This document shows positions 49,638 through 61,194 of a stretch of 64,000 nucleotides of DNA, one piece after another. The notes below the pieces were generated by a model. It was given only the letters and a program-made list of their open reading frames with translations. It was not told the DNA's origin and ran no database searches. This stretch comes from Candidatus Eiseniibacteriota bacterium (GTDB lineage Bacteria; Eisenbacteria; RBG-16-71-46; CAVPCR01). The stretch covers positions 194,612 through 258,611 of the forward strand of contig CAVPCR010000002.1 of assembly GCA_963702435.1 (NCBI GenBank). Direction: 5' to 3'. Both the position numbers and the translations under genes were made by a program. Each line of letters starts with the position of its first letter. The stretch's first letter is position 1.

Positions 49638-50762
49638 TCAGCGGGCGGGCACGAGCCGAGCCCGGTCCGCCGCGAGCCTGAGGAGGATCCCCACGGCCGC
49701 GAGATTGACCACCAGAGAAGACCCGCCGTAGCTCAGGAACGGCAGCGGCAGGCCGGTCGTCGGCATGAGGCCGGTGACCACCGCCACGTTCAGGAGCACA
49801 TGCACGGCGAGCATGATGCCGATCCCCGCGGCGGTCAGAGCCGCGAAGCGATCCTCGGCTGCGCTCGCGATGGCGAGCGCCCGACTGACGACGACAGCGT
49901 AGACCCCCAATACCAAGACGGCAGCTATAAATCCACCCTCTTCTCCGATGATCGAGAAGATGAAATCGGTGTGCGAATCGGGCAGGAAGCGGAACTTCTG
50001 CATGCCCTCCCCGATCCCCTTGCCGAGGAAGCCGCCGGACCCGAGCGCGATGAGCGACTGGTCGAGCTGGTAGCCGGAAGCGGCCCGATCGACCGTGCCG
50101 TGGACGAGAGCATCCAGGTAGGCCTCGATGCGCTTCCACTCGTACGGCACCTGGAAGAGTCGGATCCCCACGCCGACGAGCCCGAGGCCGGCGATCAGGG
50201 CCAGATGCCGGAGCTGCGCCCCGGCCACGTAGAAGAGCCCGAACCCCGTCATGCCGATGGCCGCGGCGGTGCCCAGGTTCGGCTGCAGGGCGACCAGGCC
50301 GGCCACGCCGAGGAGGAGCACGAGCGGTGCGAAGAGGCCCTCCTTCGTGCGCACCTCGTCGCCGCGGCGGGCCAGCACCCGGCACAGGTGGAGGAGGAGC
50401 GCGAGCTTGACGAGCTCCGACGGCTGCACCGTGAGCCCGAAGAGCTGCACCCAGCGAAAGGTGCCGCGGACGCTCGACCCGCGGAACCAGGGCAGGAGCA
50501 GCGTGAGGAGGAAGATGCCGCCGAGGACGAGCACGGCCGGCGCGGCGCGCCGGATTCGCTCGAGCCCCAGCCGGTAGGTGACGAGGAGAATGCCGATCCC
50601 GATCGCGGCGCGCAGCATCTGCCGCTCGAGGAAGTAGTCGGCTTCCCGCCCCTGGTCCTTGGCGTAGATGATGCTCGCCGAGTAGACCATGACGAGACCG
50701 AACACGAGCAGGAAGGCGGTGGCGCCGAGGAGCACCACATCCGGACGCGGGCGCGATCTCAT
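49638..50762 (-). CDS. ftsW: peptidoglycan glycosyltransferase FtsW (SEDS family)
   Basis: Internal start MRSRPRPDVVLLGATAFLLVFGLVMVYSAS. ATGA overlap with the murD stop. ...TDFIFSIIGEEGG...LPFLSYGGSS. Confidence 0.9.
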   Translation of the reverse strand: MRSRPRPDVVLLGATAFLLVFGLVMVYSASIIYAKDQGREADYFLERQMLRAAIGIGILLVTYRLGLERIRRAAPAVLVLGGIFLLTLLLPWFRGSSVRGTFRWVQLFGLTVQPSELVKLALLLHLCRVLARRGDEVRTKEGLFAPLVLLLGVAGLVALQPNLGTAAAIGMTGFGLFYVAGAQLRHLALIAGLGLVGVGIRLFQVPYEWKRIEAYLDALVHGTVDRAASGYQLDQSLIALGSGGFLGKGIGEGMQKFRFLPDSHTDFIFSIIGEEGGFIAAVLVLGVYAVVVSRALAIASAAEDRFAALTAAGIGIMLAVHVLLNVAVVTGLMPTTGLPLPFLSYGGSSLVVNLAAVGILLRLAADRARLVPAR

Positions 50763-52225
50763 CAGTTGGTGGCTCCTCTCTTCCCGCCGCGGCTCTCCCC
50801 GCCCGCTCCGGGAGAAGGATCGGCGCCGGGGAGCGCCCGGGCCAGCCGGCGGAACTGCTCGCCGCGGTCCTCGAAATCGCGGAACATGTCGAAGCTCGCA
50901 CACCCCGGAGCGAGGAGCACGACCTCGCCGGGCCGGGCCAAAGCGGCCGCGCGCGCGACGGCCTCGCCGAGGCTCGCGCAGTCCTCCCCCGGCACGTCCG
51001 GCCAGGCGGCGGCGAGACGGCCCCGCGCCTCGCCGATCCGGTAGACGCGCGCCACCCGCTCGCCGACGAGCGGCGCCACCGCCGCGAAGTCGCCCGCCTT
51101 GTCCCGCCCGCCGGCGATCAGATGCACACCGCGGGCGAAGGTCGACAGCGCGCTCTCGAGCGCGTGCACGTTGGTCGCCTTCGAATCGTTGATGAAGCGC
51201 ACCCCGTCCCGGATCGCCACCGTCTCCAGGCGATGCGCCAGCCCGCGGAAATCCCTGAGGCCGGCCGCGAGAACCGGCGCCGGGAGGGCGAAGGGATCGA
51301 GGGCGGCGACCGCGGCGAGAGCGTTTTCGAGGTTGTGCGGCCCCGGGATGCCGAGCTCCTCCGCGGCGAGGATCCGCTCCTCCCCCGCCCTGGTCCGGCG
51401 CACGATCCAGCCGTCGACCACGGTCGCCCCGAGCGGCACGGCGTCTGGATCCCGCCCGAAGGCGAGCCGGCGCGCCCGCCCCGGGATCGCGCCCCAGCCG
51501 GCGGGGAGGACCGCGAGATCGGAAGCCTCCTGGCGGGCGAAGAGACGGAGCTTGAGCTCGCGGTAGGCAGCGAGCGACGGATGGCGATCGAGGTGATCGG
51601 GCGCCACGTTCAGGAGCACGCCGACCGCCGGCCGGAACGTGCTCACCGTCTCGAGCTGGAAGCTCGAGACCTCGACGACGAGAAGATCGTCCGCTCCCGC
51701 CTCGTCCACGGCGAGGGCGAGCGCATGCCCGACATTGCCGGCGACCGGCGCCTTCCGGCCGGCCGCGGCGAGGAGCGCCCCGAGGAGAGTGACGGTCGTC
51801 GACTTGCCGTCGGTGCCGGTCACCGCGATGAGCGGCGCCCGCGCCCGGCGCGCGGCGAGCTCGAGCTCTCCGAGAACCTCGATCCCGCGCGCCCGCGCCG
51901 CCGCGAGGAGCGGATGCTCGACCACCACGCCGGGCGACACGACGAGGAGATCGCGCCCCGTGAGGAGGGCCGCGTCCTCCCGCCCGAGGGCGAGCTCGAC
52001 CCCGTACGCGGCGAGCTCGGCCGCACCTTCCGGGGCGAGCGCGTCGGCCCTGCGGTCGGCGACCAGCACGTGGGCCCCGGCGCGGGCGAGCAGCGCCGCT
52101 GCGGCGCGACCGCTCCGCGCCGCACCGAGCACGAGAGCCCGGCGATCGCGGAACTCGTCGCGCACCGCCGTGCTGCCGCCCGGCCCCGCTGCCGGCATGA
52201 CCCGGTCATCCGTCATCGACCGCAC
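50762..52225 (-). CDS. murD: UDP-N-acetylmuramoylalanine--D-glutamate ligase
   Basis: ALVLGAARSGRAAAALL...IAVTGTDGKSTTVTLL...NDSKATN. Confidence 0.93.
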   Translation of the reverse strand: MRSMTDDRVMPAAGPGGSTAVRDEFRDRRALVLGAARSGRAAAALLARAGAHVLVADRRADALAPEGAAELAAYGVELALGREDAALLTGRDLLVVSPGVVVEHPLLAAARARGIEVLGELELAARRARAPLIAVTGTDGKSTTVTLLGALLAAAGRKAPVAGNVGHALALAVDEAGADDLLVVEVSSFQLETVSTFRPAVGVLLNVAPDHLDRHPSLAAYRELKLRLFARQEASDLAVLPAGWGAIPGRARRLAFGRDPDAVPLGATVVDGWIVRRTRAGEERILAAEELGIPGPHNLENALAAVAALDPFALPAPVLAAGLRDFRGLAHRLETVAIRDGVRFINDSKATNVHALESALSTFARGVHLIAGGRDKAGDFAAVAPLVGERVARVYRIGEARGRLAAAWPDVPGEDCASLGEAVARAAALARPGEVVLLAPGCASFDMFRDFEDRGEQFRRLARALPGADPSPGAGGESRGGKRGATN

Positions 52226-52232
52226 ATCCTCC

Positions 52233-53324
52233 TCATTGCAGCTTGAGCGTCGAGAGCGAGAGCAGGGACAGCAGGGCGCCGATGATCCACAGGCGCACGA
52301 CCACCTTGGGTTCGGCCCAGCCCAGGAGCTCGAAGTGATGATGGATGGGCGCCATGCGGAAGATCCGCCGCCCGCGCGTCTTGAACGAGATGACCTGCAG
52401 CATGACCGAGACGGCCTCGAGCACGAAGACGCCGCCGACCAGGACGAGGAGCAGCTCGCGCTTGATGAGGATGGCGATGATGGCGAGCCCCCCGCCGAGC
52501 GAGAGCGAGCCGGTGTCCCCCATGAAGACGCTCGCCGGCGTGCAGTTCCACCACAGGAAACCGACGGCCGCGCCGATCATCGTCGCCGCGAACACGGTCA
52601 GCTCGCCCACTCCCGGGATGAAGGCGATGTTCAGGTACTCCGAGAAGCGGGCGTGGCCGGTCAGGTAGGCGATGCCGCCGAAGGCGACCGCGGCGAAGGC
52701 GACGAGACCGGCGGCCAGCCCGTCGAGCCCGTCGGTCAGGTTGACCGCGTTCGAGCTCCCGGTGAGGACGAGGATGACGAAGGGTACGAAGAGGACCCCG
52801 AGGTCGATCATCAGGTCCTTGAACAGCGGCACGTTGGTGCGAGTCGCGAGCGCCGGATCGGCCGGTTCGAGCACCAGAACGAGGCCGACGATGAGCCCGA
52901 GGAGGATCTGCCCGAACAGCTTGTAGCGGCCGAGCAGCCCCTTCGGCGCGCGGCGGATGATGTGGAGATAGTCGTCGATGAAACCGAGCGCGCCGAGCCA
53001 CAGGGTGACGAGGAGGGCGAGCTGCACGTAGCGATTCATGATGTCGGCCCACAGGAAGGTGGGGAGCACGATCGCGGCGACGATGAGCACCCCGCCCATG
53101 GTCGGGGTGCCTTCCTTGGCGAGGTGGCTCTCCGGGCCGTCCCGGCGGATCTTCTGCACGACCTGCATGCGCCTGAGCCAGCGCACGACGAAGGGGCCGA
53201 GGAGGAAGCAGAGGGTGAGCGAGGTGACCGCCGCGTACGCGGAGCGAAACGTGATGTAGCGGAAGACGTTCAGGAACGAGAGCGCGTCGAACTCGTGCAG
53301 CGGGTAGAGGAGGTAGTAGAGCAT
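52233..53324 (-). CDS. mraY: phospho-N-acetylmuramoyl-pentapeptide-transferase
   Basis: MLYYLLYPLHEF...PTMGGVLI...NAVNLTDGLDGLA...MGDTGSLSLGG. Confidence 0.97.
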   Translation of the reverse strand: MLYYLLYPLHEFDALSFLNVFRYITFRSAYAAVTSLTLCFLLGPFVVRWLRRMQVVQKIRRDGPESHLAKEGTPTMGGVLIVAAIVLPTFLWADIMNRYVQLALLVTLWLGALGFIDDYLHIIRRAPKGLLGRYKLFGQILLGLIVGLVLVLEPADPALATRTNVPLFKDLMIDLGVLFVPFVILVLTGSSNAVNLTDGLDGLAAGLVAFAAVAFGGIAYLTGHARFSEYLNIAFIPGVGELTVFAATMIGAAVGFLWWNCTPASVFMGDTGSLSLGGGLAIIAILIKRELLLVLVGGVFVLEAVSVMLQVISFKTRGRRIFRMAPIHHHFELLGWAEPKVVVRLWIIGALLSLLSLSTLKLQ

Positions 53325-53330
53325 GGCGGA

Positions 53331-54824
53331 TCAGCCCCCTGCCGGGTGCGGCGCCCCGCCGCGGGCGAGCGGCGCGGCGAGGATCGCCGCCACCACCGCC
53401 TCGAGTCCGAGCGCTCGCGAGGCCTTGACGAGAATCGCGTCTCCCGCGCGCAGATCGGCGAGGACCCCGGCGCCGAGCGCATCGCGGTCTGCGGCCACCG
53501 TGATCGCCGCCGCCGCCAGACCGGCCTCCCGCGCGGCGCGCGCCACGGTCTCCGCCTCGTCTCCGATCAGATGGAGCCGATCGACGACCGCCGCCGCCCG
53601 CGCCCCGAGCTCCGCGTGCGCGGCCGGCGCCGCCGCCCCCAGCTCGCGCATGTCGCCGAGGACCGCGATCCGCCGCCGGGCGGCGAGCTCGCCCAGGGTC
53701 GCGAGCGCTGCGGCCATCGATTCGGGATTCGCGTTGTAGCAGTCGTCCACCACGAGGAGCTCGCCTGCGCGCACGATGTTGAGCCGGCGCGCCGGTGGAC
53801 GCATCGCTGCGAGCGCGGCCGCCATCGCCGGCCCCGCGGCTCCGCGGAGCTGTCCGGCAGCCAGGGCGAGGAGCGCGTTCGTGACGAGGACGCGCGCCGG
53901 CACCGCGAGCTCGACCAGGAGGCCGTCGAGCCCGCGCCCCGCGGCGACGAAGCGCACGCCCGACGCGGTGACCTCGATCGCCGTGGCCCGGAGATCGGCG
54001 GCCGACCCGGGCGCCGTCCCCACCGTCAGGAGGCGCACCCCGGTCGCGCGCGCGGCCGTGATGAGCGCCGGATCATCGGCGGGCAGGATCAGACAGCCGT
54101 CCGCGCCGAGCGCTCCTGCGAGCTCGAGCTTGGCGGCCACGATCGCGGCGCGAGACCCGAGCCCGGCGAGATGAGCGCTACCCACTCCGGTCAAGACGCC
54201 CACGTGGGGCGCCGCCGAGAGCGGCGAGCGCCGCGATCTCGCCGGGCGCATTCATGCCGAGCTCGACGACCGCCGCATGGTGCCGGCGCTCGAGCCCGAG
54301 GAGCGTCAAGGGCACGCCCAGATGATTGTTGAAGTTCCCCGGCGTCCGGTGCACCGGTCCGCACGAGCCGAGGACCGCGGCGATCATGTCCTTGGTCGTG
54401 GTCTTCCCGTAGGAGCCGGTGACGGCGATCACCAGGAGATCGCGCGCCCGCGCCCGCGCCGCCCGCCCGAGCGCGGTGAGCGCCGCCTCCGCATCGTCCA
54501 CCCACGCGATGCGCCGGGCGTCGGCCTCCGCCGCCACGAGGGCGCGATCGCGCCGGGCGACGACGGCGAGCGCGGCGCCGGCCGCGAGCGCCGGGGCGAC
54601 GAAGCGTGCCCCGTGCACGTGCGCGCCGGGGAGCGCGAAGAAGATCTCGCCGGGCTTCACCGCGCGGCTGTCGAGTGTGGCGCCCGTCAGGCGCGGGCCG
54701 GCTGCCGCGGCCAGCGCGTGCTCGGCGCCGAGCGCGTCGAGGGCCGCGACGAGCGCCGGCCGGTCGAGGAGGATCTCCACGGTGTCCGGCGCGAGCGATT
54801 CCATCGTGACCGTCCCCGCGCCCA

Positions 54825-54828
<4 letters not shown>
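53331..54828 (-). CDS. murF: UDP-N-acetylmuramoyl-tripeptide--D-alanyl-D-alanine ligase MurF, frameshifted as sequenced (1 extra nt near 54217-54222)
   Basis: It is split between track ORFs 54178..54828 (...AVTGSYGKTTTKDMI...ELGMNAPGEIAALAAL) and 53331..54251 (...SAAPHVGVLTGVGSAHLAGLGS...DDCYNANPESM...). The junction restores the family order GEIA...P.....N...AHL. Confidence 0.9.
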
Positions 54829-56444
<1,616 letters not shown>

Positions 56445-56460
56445 CCTGACTCCACCTGGA

Positions 56461-58752
56461 TCAGCGCGAGCCCACGCGCCGTCCGAGCTCGGCGGCCGCC
56501 ATCACGGCCGGCACCGCCCGACCATCATGGTCGCGTCCGGGCGGGCGATGCGCCGGCGCGGACGCCGTGCCCTCGGCGGCATCGAGCCTGAGCTTGAGCA
56601 CCTGACCGCCCTCGAGCTCCGTCCCGGGCGGCGGCGATTGATCGAGCACCCGACCGATCCCCGCGACGCGGACCTCGAACCCCAGACCGCGGAGCCTCCC
56701 GAGCGCCTCGCGCAGCGAGAGGCCGGCGAGATCCGGCATCACCGCACGCCCCTCGGGCGTCCGGCCGAGCTGGATCACCGTGTTCCGGGGGACGCGCGTC
56801 CCCGGCGCTGGATCCTGGGTCAGGACCCGCGCGCCCTGACTTACGACCGCCGCCGAGAGACCAGCGCGCGCGAGCGCCGCCGCAGCCGCCGGAGCGACGA
56901 GGAGCCGCACATCGGGCACGGCGATCTCCGCCCCGGCCGAGACGGCGGGCGACTGCGGCTCGGTCACGAGGCGGACGCCGCCCGGGGCGTGCGTCGGCCC
57001 GAGGAGGGCGGTCGCGATCGCGCGGAAGACCGGAGCGGCCACCTCGCCGCCGTAGTGCATGCCGCTCGGCTCGTCGATCGACACGGCGAGCGCATAGCGC
57101 GGCGCGGTGGCGGGGAAGAACCCGATGAACGAGGACACGTACCGCCCTTGAGCATACCCCCGCCCGTCGGTCCGCGCCTTCTGGGCGGTGCCGGTCTTGC
57201 CGGCCACCGGTACGCCGGGCACGGCCGCCCGCTTGCCGGTGCCCGCCTCGACGACGAGGGTCAGGTAGCGCGTGAGCGTCGCCGCCGTCTCGGGGCTCAT
57301 GGCCCGCCGCACCACCTCGGGCTCCGTGCGCAGCCGCACCTCGCCGTCCGGCTTCAAGACCTCGCGCACGATGCGCGGGCGGCGGAGCTCGCCGCCCCCG
57401 GCCACGGCCGCATAGGCCATGGCGAGCTGCAGAGTGGTCACGGCCACTTCCTGGCCGATGGCGACGGTCGGCGTCGAGCGCCCGCTCCACGCCTGGACCG
57501 GACGCAGGACTCCCGCCACCTCGCCGGGCAGCTCGATGTGCGTCGGCGCCCCGAAGCCGAGCCGCTCCGCCGCGGCGTGCAACTCGCGGGAGCCGACCAG
57601 CAGGCCGATCTTCGCCGTCGCGATGTTCGAGGACTGCGCGATCACATCGGCCGCGCAGAGCCAGCCCATCTTCTTCACGTCGTTGATCACGCAAGGCCCG
57701 AGCTTGGCCCGCCCGTTCTCGGCGAAGAACACCGAGTCGTCGTCGATCAGCTTCTGATCGAGCGCGGCGGCGAAGGTCACGACCTTGAAGGTCGACCCCG
57801 GCTCGTAGGTGTCCTCGATCGGCGCGAGCCGGTGGACCCGCCGACCCTCGCCGGGTCGCGACGAACCCGCGGCGGCGAGCGCGACCACCTCCCCGGTCGC
57901 GACCTCGACCAGCACCGCCGAGCCGCCGCGCGCCGAGTGCTCGGCGACGGCGCGGTCGAGCGCATCCTCGACCAGCCACTGCACGTTGGCGTCGATCGTG
58001 AGCACGACGCGATCGCCGGGCACGGCCGGCTTCGCCGGCCCCCCCGGCAGCGAGAGGATCTGTCCCGAAGCCTTCGTGAAGCGGGTCTCCCAGCCGTCGG
58101 CGCCGCGCAGGAACTCCTCCATCGAGCGCTCGATCCCCTCATCGCCGATCCCGTCGTGGTTCAAGGCGCCGAGGAGATCGCACCCGTCCACGAGCTGGAC
58201 CCGCCGTCCGGCCTCCTCGATGCGGAGCGCCGGACCGGTGAGCTTGCGCAGCGCGGCGGCCTCCTCGAGATCCACGTCGGCATCCAGCTCGACGAGCGGC
58301 GCACGGCGGGCGAGGATCCGGGCGATCTCGCCGGCCGGGCGGTCGAGGATGGGTGAGAGCGTCCTGGCCAGGGCCGCGCGATCGGCGATCGCCTTGGGCT
58401 CGGCGACGAGCGTGCGGCGGGTGAGCGTGTGGAGGAGCACGCGCCCCTCGCGGTCCACGACATCGCCGCGCACCGCCGCGATCGGCACCCGCCTTTCTTG
58501 CTGGGCGGCGGCTCGCCGTGCGTACTCGCTGTGCGAGAGGATCTGCAGGTGGAAGAGCCGCAGGAGCAGTACGGCGAGTCCCACGAGCGCGAGGATACCG
58601 AGCGAGCGCGCCCTCCGCTCGATCGGGACGAGCGGACCGGCCGGCGTTCCCGCCCCGGGCCGCCGCGCCCGCCACGGAGTCGCGCGCGGGAGGCCGGACT
58701 CGCGCCGGAGGCGGCGGCGATCATCACGCCGGATGAGATCGGTGATGCGCAT
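56461..58752 (-). CDS. ftsI: peptidoglycan D,D-transpeptidase FtsI (class B PBP) with two C-terminal PASTA-like domains
   Basis: Internal start MRITDLIRRDD (ATG 58752). A TM segment LGILALVGLAVLLL. STFK, SSN and KTGT motifs. C-terminal VPDVRLL...GLSAAVV...DPAPGTRVPRNTVIQL and MPDLAGLSLREALGRLRGLGFEV...SPPPGTELEGGQVLKL. Confidence 0.9.
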   Translation of the reverse strand: MRITDLIRRDDRRRLRRESGLPRATPWRARRPGAGTPAGPLVPIERRARSLGILALVGLAVLLLRLFHLQILSHSEYARRAAAQQERRVPIAAVRGDVVDREGRVLLHTLTRRTLVAEPKAIADRAALARTLSPILDRPAGEIARILARRAPLVELDADVDLEEAAALRKLTGPALRIEEAGRRVQLVDGCDLLGALNHDGIGDEGIERSMEEFLRGADGWETRFTKASGQILSLPGGPAKPAVPGDRVVLTIDANVQWLVEDALDRAVAEHSARGGSAVLVEVATGEVVALAAAGSSRPGEGRRVHRLAPIEDTYEPGSTFKVVTFAAALDQKLIDDDSVFFAENGRAKLGPCVINDVKKMGWLCAADVIAQSSNIATAKIGLLVGSRELHAAAERLGFGAPTHIELPGEVAGVLRPVQAWSGRSTPTVAIGQEVAVTTLQLAMAYAAVAGGGELRRPRIVREVLKPDGEVRLRTEPEVVRRAMSPETAATLTRYLTLVVEAGTGKRAAVPGVPVAGKTGTAQKARTDGRGYAQGRYVSSFIGFFPATAPRYALAVSIDEPSGMHYGGEVAAPVFRAIATALLGPTHAPGGVRLVTEPQSPAVSAGAEIAVPDVRLLVAPAAAAALARAGLSAAVVSQGARVLTQDPAPGTRVPRNTVIQLGRTPEGRAVMPDLAGLSLREALGRLRGLGFEVRVAGIGRVLDQSPPPGTELEGGQVLKLRLDAAEGTASAPAHRPPGRDHDGRAVPAVMAAAELGRRVGSR

Positions 58753-58840
58753 GGCGACCTTGCTCCCTGGTTCGAGCGGGGCCACCTCCGGTGGCCTGCC
58801 ATCCCTGGTCCCCGCGATCCGGACTGCTCCGGCGCGCGAT

Positions 58841-59404
58841 CTAGTGCCCGACGTGCTTCCCGGCGGCGCGGGCCGCGCAGATGTCGCAGCGATCGATGGA
58901 CGGGCGCACGGCCGGCGTCGCCGGCGCGGCGAGACCGTCGGCGGCCGGGCCGGCCGCCTCGTCCCCCGCGTGCCCCTTCTCGGCCGCGGTCGCGGCGGCG
59001 ACGCGCGCGCCGCTCCACACGCGGTCGAACCAGCTCCCCCGGGCGCCGGCACCGGGTGCCCCGAGCGGACGTGCTTCGGGAACTCGCTCGGGTTCGCCGG
59101 AAGCGAGCAGAGCCACCGCGTCGACAGCGACGCGATCGAGCCCGTTCGTACGGGCGCGCGGCTCGAGTCGTGCGAGCGCTATCGCCTGCTCCACTTCCAC
59201 GCGTTCCCGATCCACCTCGCGTTCGATGGCGAGGAGAATTCGCTTCTCATCCTCGACGGTCTGGGCCGCGTCGATCAGGGTCACCCCGGTGACCCCACGC
59301 AGCACCACGAGACCGCCCACAACGACGGCGGCGAGCACGGGTACGACGTCCTGGCGCCCTGACTTGAACCCAGGCCGGCGCCCGGGTCGCTGGTAACGAG
59401 TCAT
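58841..59404 (-). CDS. ftsL: FtsL-like cell division protein (bitopic, coiled coil), with a long C-terminal tail
   Basis: ATGA overlap with the rsmH stop. MTRYQRPGRRPGFKSGRQDVVPVLAAVVVGGLVVL, then EDEKRILLAIEREVDRERVEVEQAIALARLE. Called mainly by position between rsmH and ftsI. Confidence 0.6.
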   Translation of the reverse strand: MTRYQRPGRRPGFKSGRQDVVPVLAAVVVGGLVVLRGVTGVTLIDAAQTVEDEKRILLAIEREVDRERVEVEQAIALARLEPRARTNGLDRVAVDAVALLASGEPERVPEARPLGAPGAGARGSWFDRVWSGARVAAATAAEKGHAGDEAAGPAADGLAAPATPAVRPSIDRCDICAARAAGKHVGH

Positions 59405-60336
59405 CCATCCCTCCGCTGGCCTGCACGCAGGCGAGCACTTCTCGAGCGTGGATTCATGCGGACTTCTTCCGGCGAGGGCCGCACGGCCCGGCGCGTGAGC
59501 GGCACGAAGCGGGGCGCCGACCACCCGGGGGGCGGCGGCAGGTCGCGCCGCGGCGGCGGCGGCGGCGCGAAGAGCTGCTTGGCGAGGCGATCCTCGAGCG
59601 AGTGGTAGGAGATGATGCAGAGGACGCCGCCGGGACGCAGCGCGCTGGTGGCGGCGGCGAAACCGGCCGCAACCTCGGTCAACTCGTCGTTCACCCGGAT
59701 GCGCAAGGCCTGGAAGATGCGCGCGAGCGACTGGGGACGGCGGCGCGGATCGAGGACCGGGGCGAGGGCCGCGCGCAGGCGAGCGACGCTGTCGAGCGGA
59801 ACCTCGGTCCGCGCGGCGACCAGACGGCGGGCGATCCGGCGCGCCTCTCGGGCGGGGAACTCGCCGTAGCGCGCCAGCACCTCGGCGATCGCGTCTCCAT
59901 CGAGCCGGGCGAGGAGATCCGCAGCTGTGTCGCGATCCTCGCCGGGATCGAAGCGGAGGTCGAGGACTCCGTCCCCCTCGAAGCTGAAACCCCGCTTCGC
60001 CGCCAGCTGGTCGCTCGAGAGCCCAAGGTCGAGCAGCACGCCATCCACCTGCTCGATCCCCCGAACTGCGAGGATCGCTGTAAGATCACTGCCCCGTCCG
60101 GTCACGACCTCCGCCCGGTCGCCAAAGCGGGCGAGCCGGCCGGCGGCCAGGGCCGCCGCTGCGGGATCGCGATCGACACCGATGAGAGTCCCCGACGGAG
60201 CGAGTGCCGTGAGAATCGACTCCGCATGTCCGCCCCCACCCACCGTGAGGTCCACGTATCGCCCGCTCCGTTCGGTGACGAGGTACGCGAGCACCTCGGC
60301 AACCAGGACCGGAGAGTGGGCGGTCGTGTGCCCCAC
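59401..60336 (-). CDS. rsmH: 16S rRNA (cytosine1402-N4)-methyltransferase
   Basis: HSPVLVAEVLAYL...YVDLTVGGGGHAESIL...DGVLLDLGLSSDQL...SYHSLEDR. Confidence 0.95.
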   Translation of the reverse strand: MGHTTAHSPVLVAEVLAYLVTERSGRYVDLTVGGGGHAESILTALAPSGTLIGVDRDPAAAALAAGRLARFGDRAEVVTGRGSDLTAILAVRGIEQVDGVLLDLGLSSDQLAAKRGFSFEGDGVLDLRFDPGEDRDTAADLLARLDGDAIAEVLARYGEFPAREARRIARRLVAARTEVPLDSVARLRAALAPVLDPRRRPQSLARIFQALRIRVNDELTEVAAGFAAATSALRPGGVLCIISYHSLEDRLAKQLFAPPPPPRRDLPPPPGWSAPRFVPLTRRAVRPSPEEVRMNPRSRSARLRAGQRRDG

Positions 60337-60349
60337 GGCTCACCTATCA

Positions 60350-60793
60350 TCAGAAGACGAGATTCTGAGCGATCTCCGCCATGGATTGATCGTGCGCCGC
60401 CTCGTAAGCCGCCCAGCGTGCCGGACTCCACAGCTCGATGCGGTTGTTGGTCCCGCGGATGAGCACCTCGCCCTCGAGACCGGCGGACCGCCGGAGGTTC
60501 TCGGGGATGACGATCCGCCCCTGCGCGTCGGGCTCCACCTCGGCGATGCGCGGATAGAGCTTGCGCTCGAAGAGCCGCGCGTCGCCGGCGCTCATCGGCA
60601 GGTTGCGGATGCGTTCCGAGAAGGCGAGGTAGCCCTCCTCGTCGAGAATGACGAGGCACTCCTCGAAGCCGGGCATGATCCAGAGCGACAGGCCCCCGTG
60701 CTTCGCCGACACGCGCCGATGGCGAGCCGGCAGACTCAGGCGTCCCTTCGGGTCGATCGCATGAAGGTCTTCCCCGATGTAAACGCCCGACAC
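60350..60793 (-). CDS. mraZ: division/cell wall cluster transcriptional regulator MraZ
   Basis: GTG start. (M)SGVYIGEDLHAIDPKGRLSLPARHRR...DAQGRIVIPENLR has two SpoVT-AbrB-like halves. 147 aa. Confidence 0.93.
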   Translation of the reverse strand: MSGVYIGEDLHAIDPKGRLSLPARHRRVSAKHGGLSLWIMPGFEECLVILDEEGYLAFSERIRNLPMSAGDARLFERKLYPRIAEVEPDAQGRIVIPENLRRSAGLEGEVLIRGTNNRIELWSPARWAAYEAAHDQSMAEIAQNLVF

Positions 60794-60931
60794 GGAGACC
60801 TCGCTGGCGAAGAGGAGAACGCCGTGGAACCACCGCGATCACTGTTCAAACGTGTGCATCAAGATCGATCGGTGAACCCACTTAGATGGGAATAGCTGCC
60901 GCTCAGATGCCGCTATTCACCACCGGGCCGC

Positions 60932-60961
60932 AATCTATCGGGAGGTCACGAGGCGTGTCAA
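60932..60961 (-). promoter_or_regulatory. sigma-70-like promoter candidate for the dcw cluster (Pmra-like)
   Basis: Minus strand TTGACA (60961-60956), an 18-nt spacer, TAGATT (60937-60932), in the locally GC-poorer region about 130 nt upstream of mraZ. GTGG-containing motifs (GGTGGTG, GTGGGT, GGTGGTT) lie downstream. Confidence 0.35.
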
Positions 60962-61194
60962 ACAGATTTTTCCGGTCGCCCGCGAATTTCTTCGGAGAGC
61001 CTGAAGTGCTGCCGGGAGCGAGCTTTGCCGCCGCTCGGCGCAACCGGCTGCGGGCCGGCCGGTGCGCTCCCCGCTCGCCGGGCGACCGCGTCCGACATCG
61101 CGCCGAACCGCAACGAATGTTGAGTGATGACTCACCACTCGGAAACATGGGACAGCCATGTCGAGCGCGGAACGCGCGCGGCGCCCGGTGAGCG

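Noticed and set aside
60886-61191. 101-aa plus-strand ORF ending 3 nt before the AsnB-like start. I considered it as a coupled upstream gene or a lasso-peptide-type precursor (FTTG...).
   Set aside because: GC3 is only about 60%, with many A/T-ending codons unlike every real gene here. No acidic residue sits at core positions 7-9 for a lasso macrolactam. The interval is better explained as the GC-poorer divergent promoter region of mraZ.
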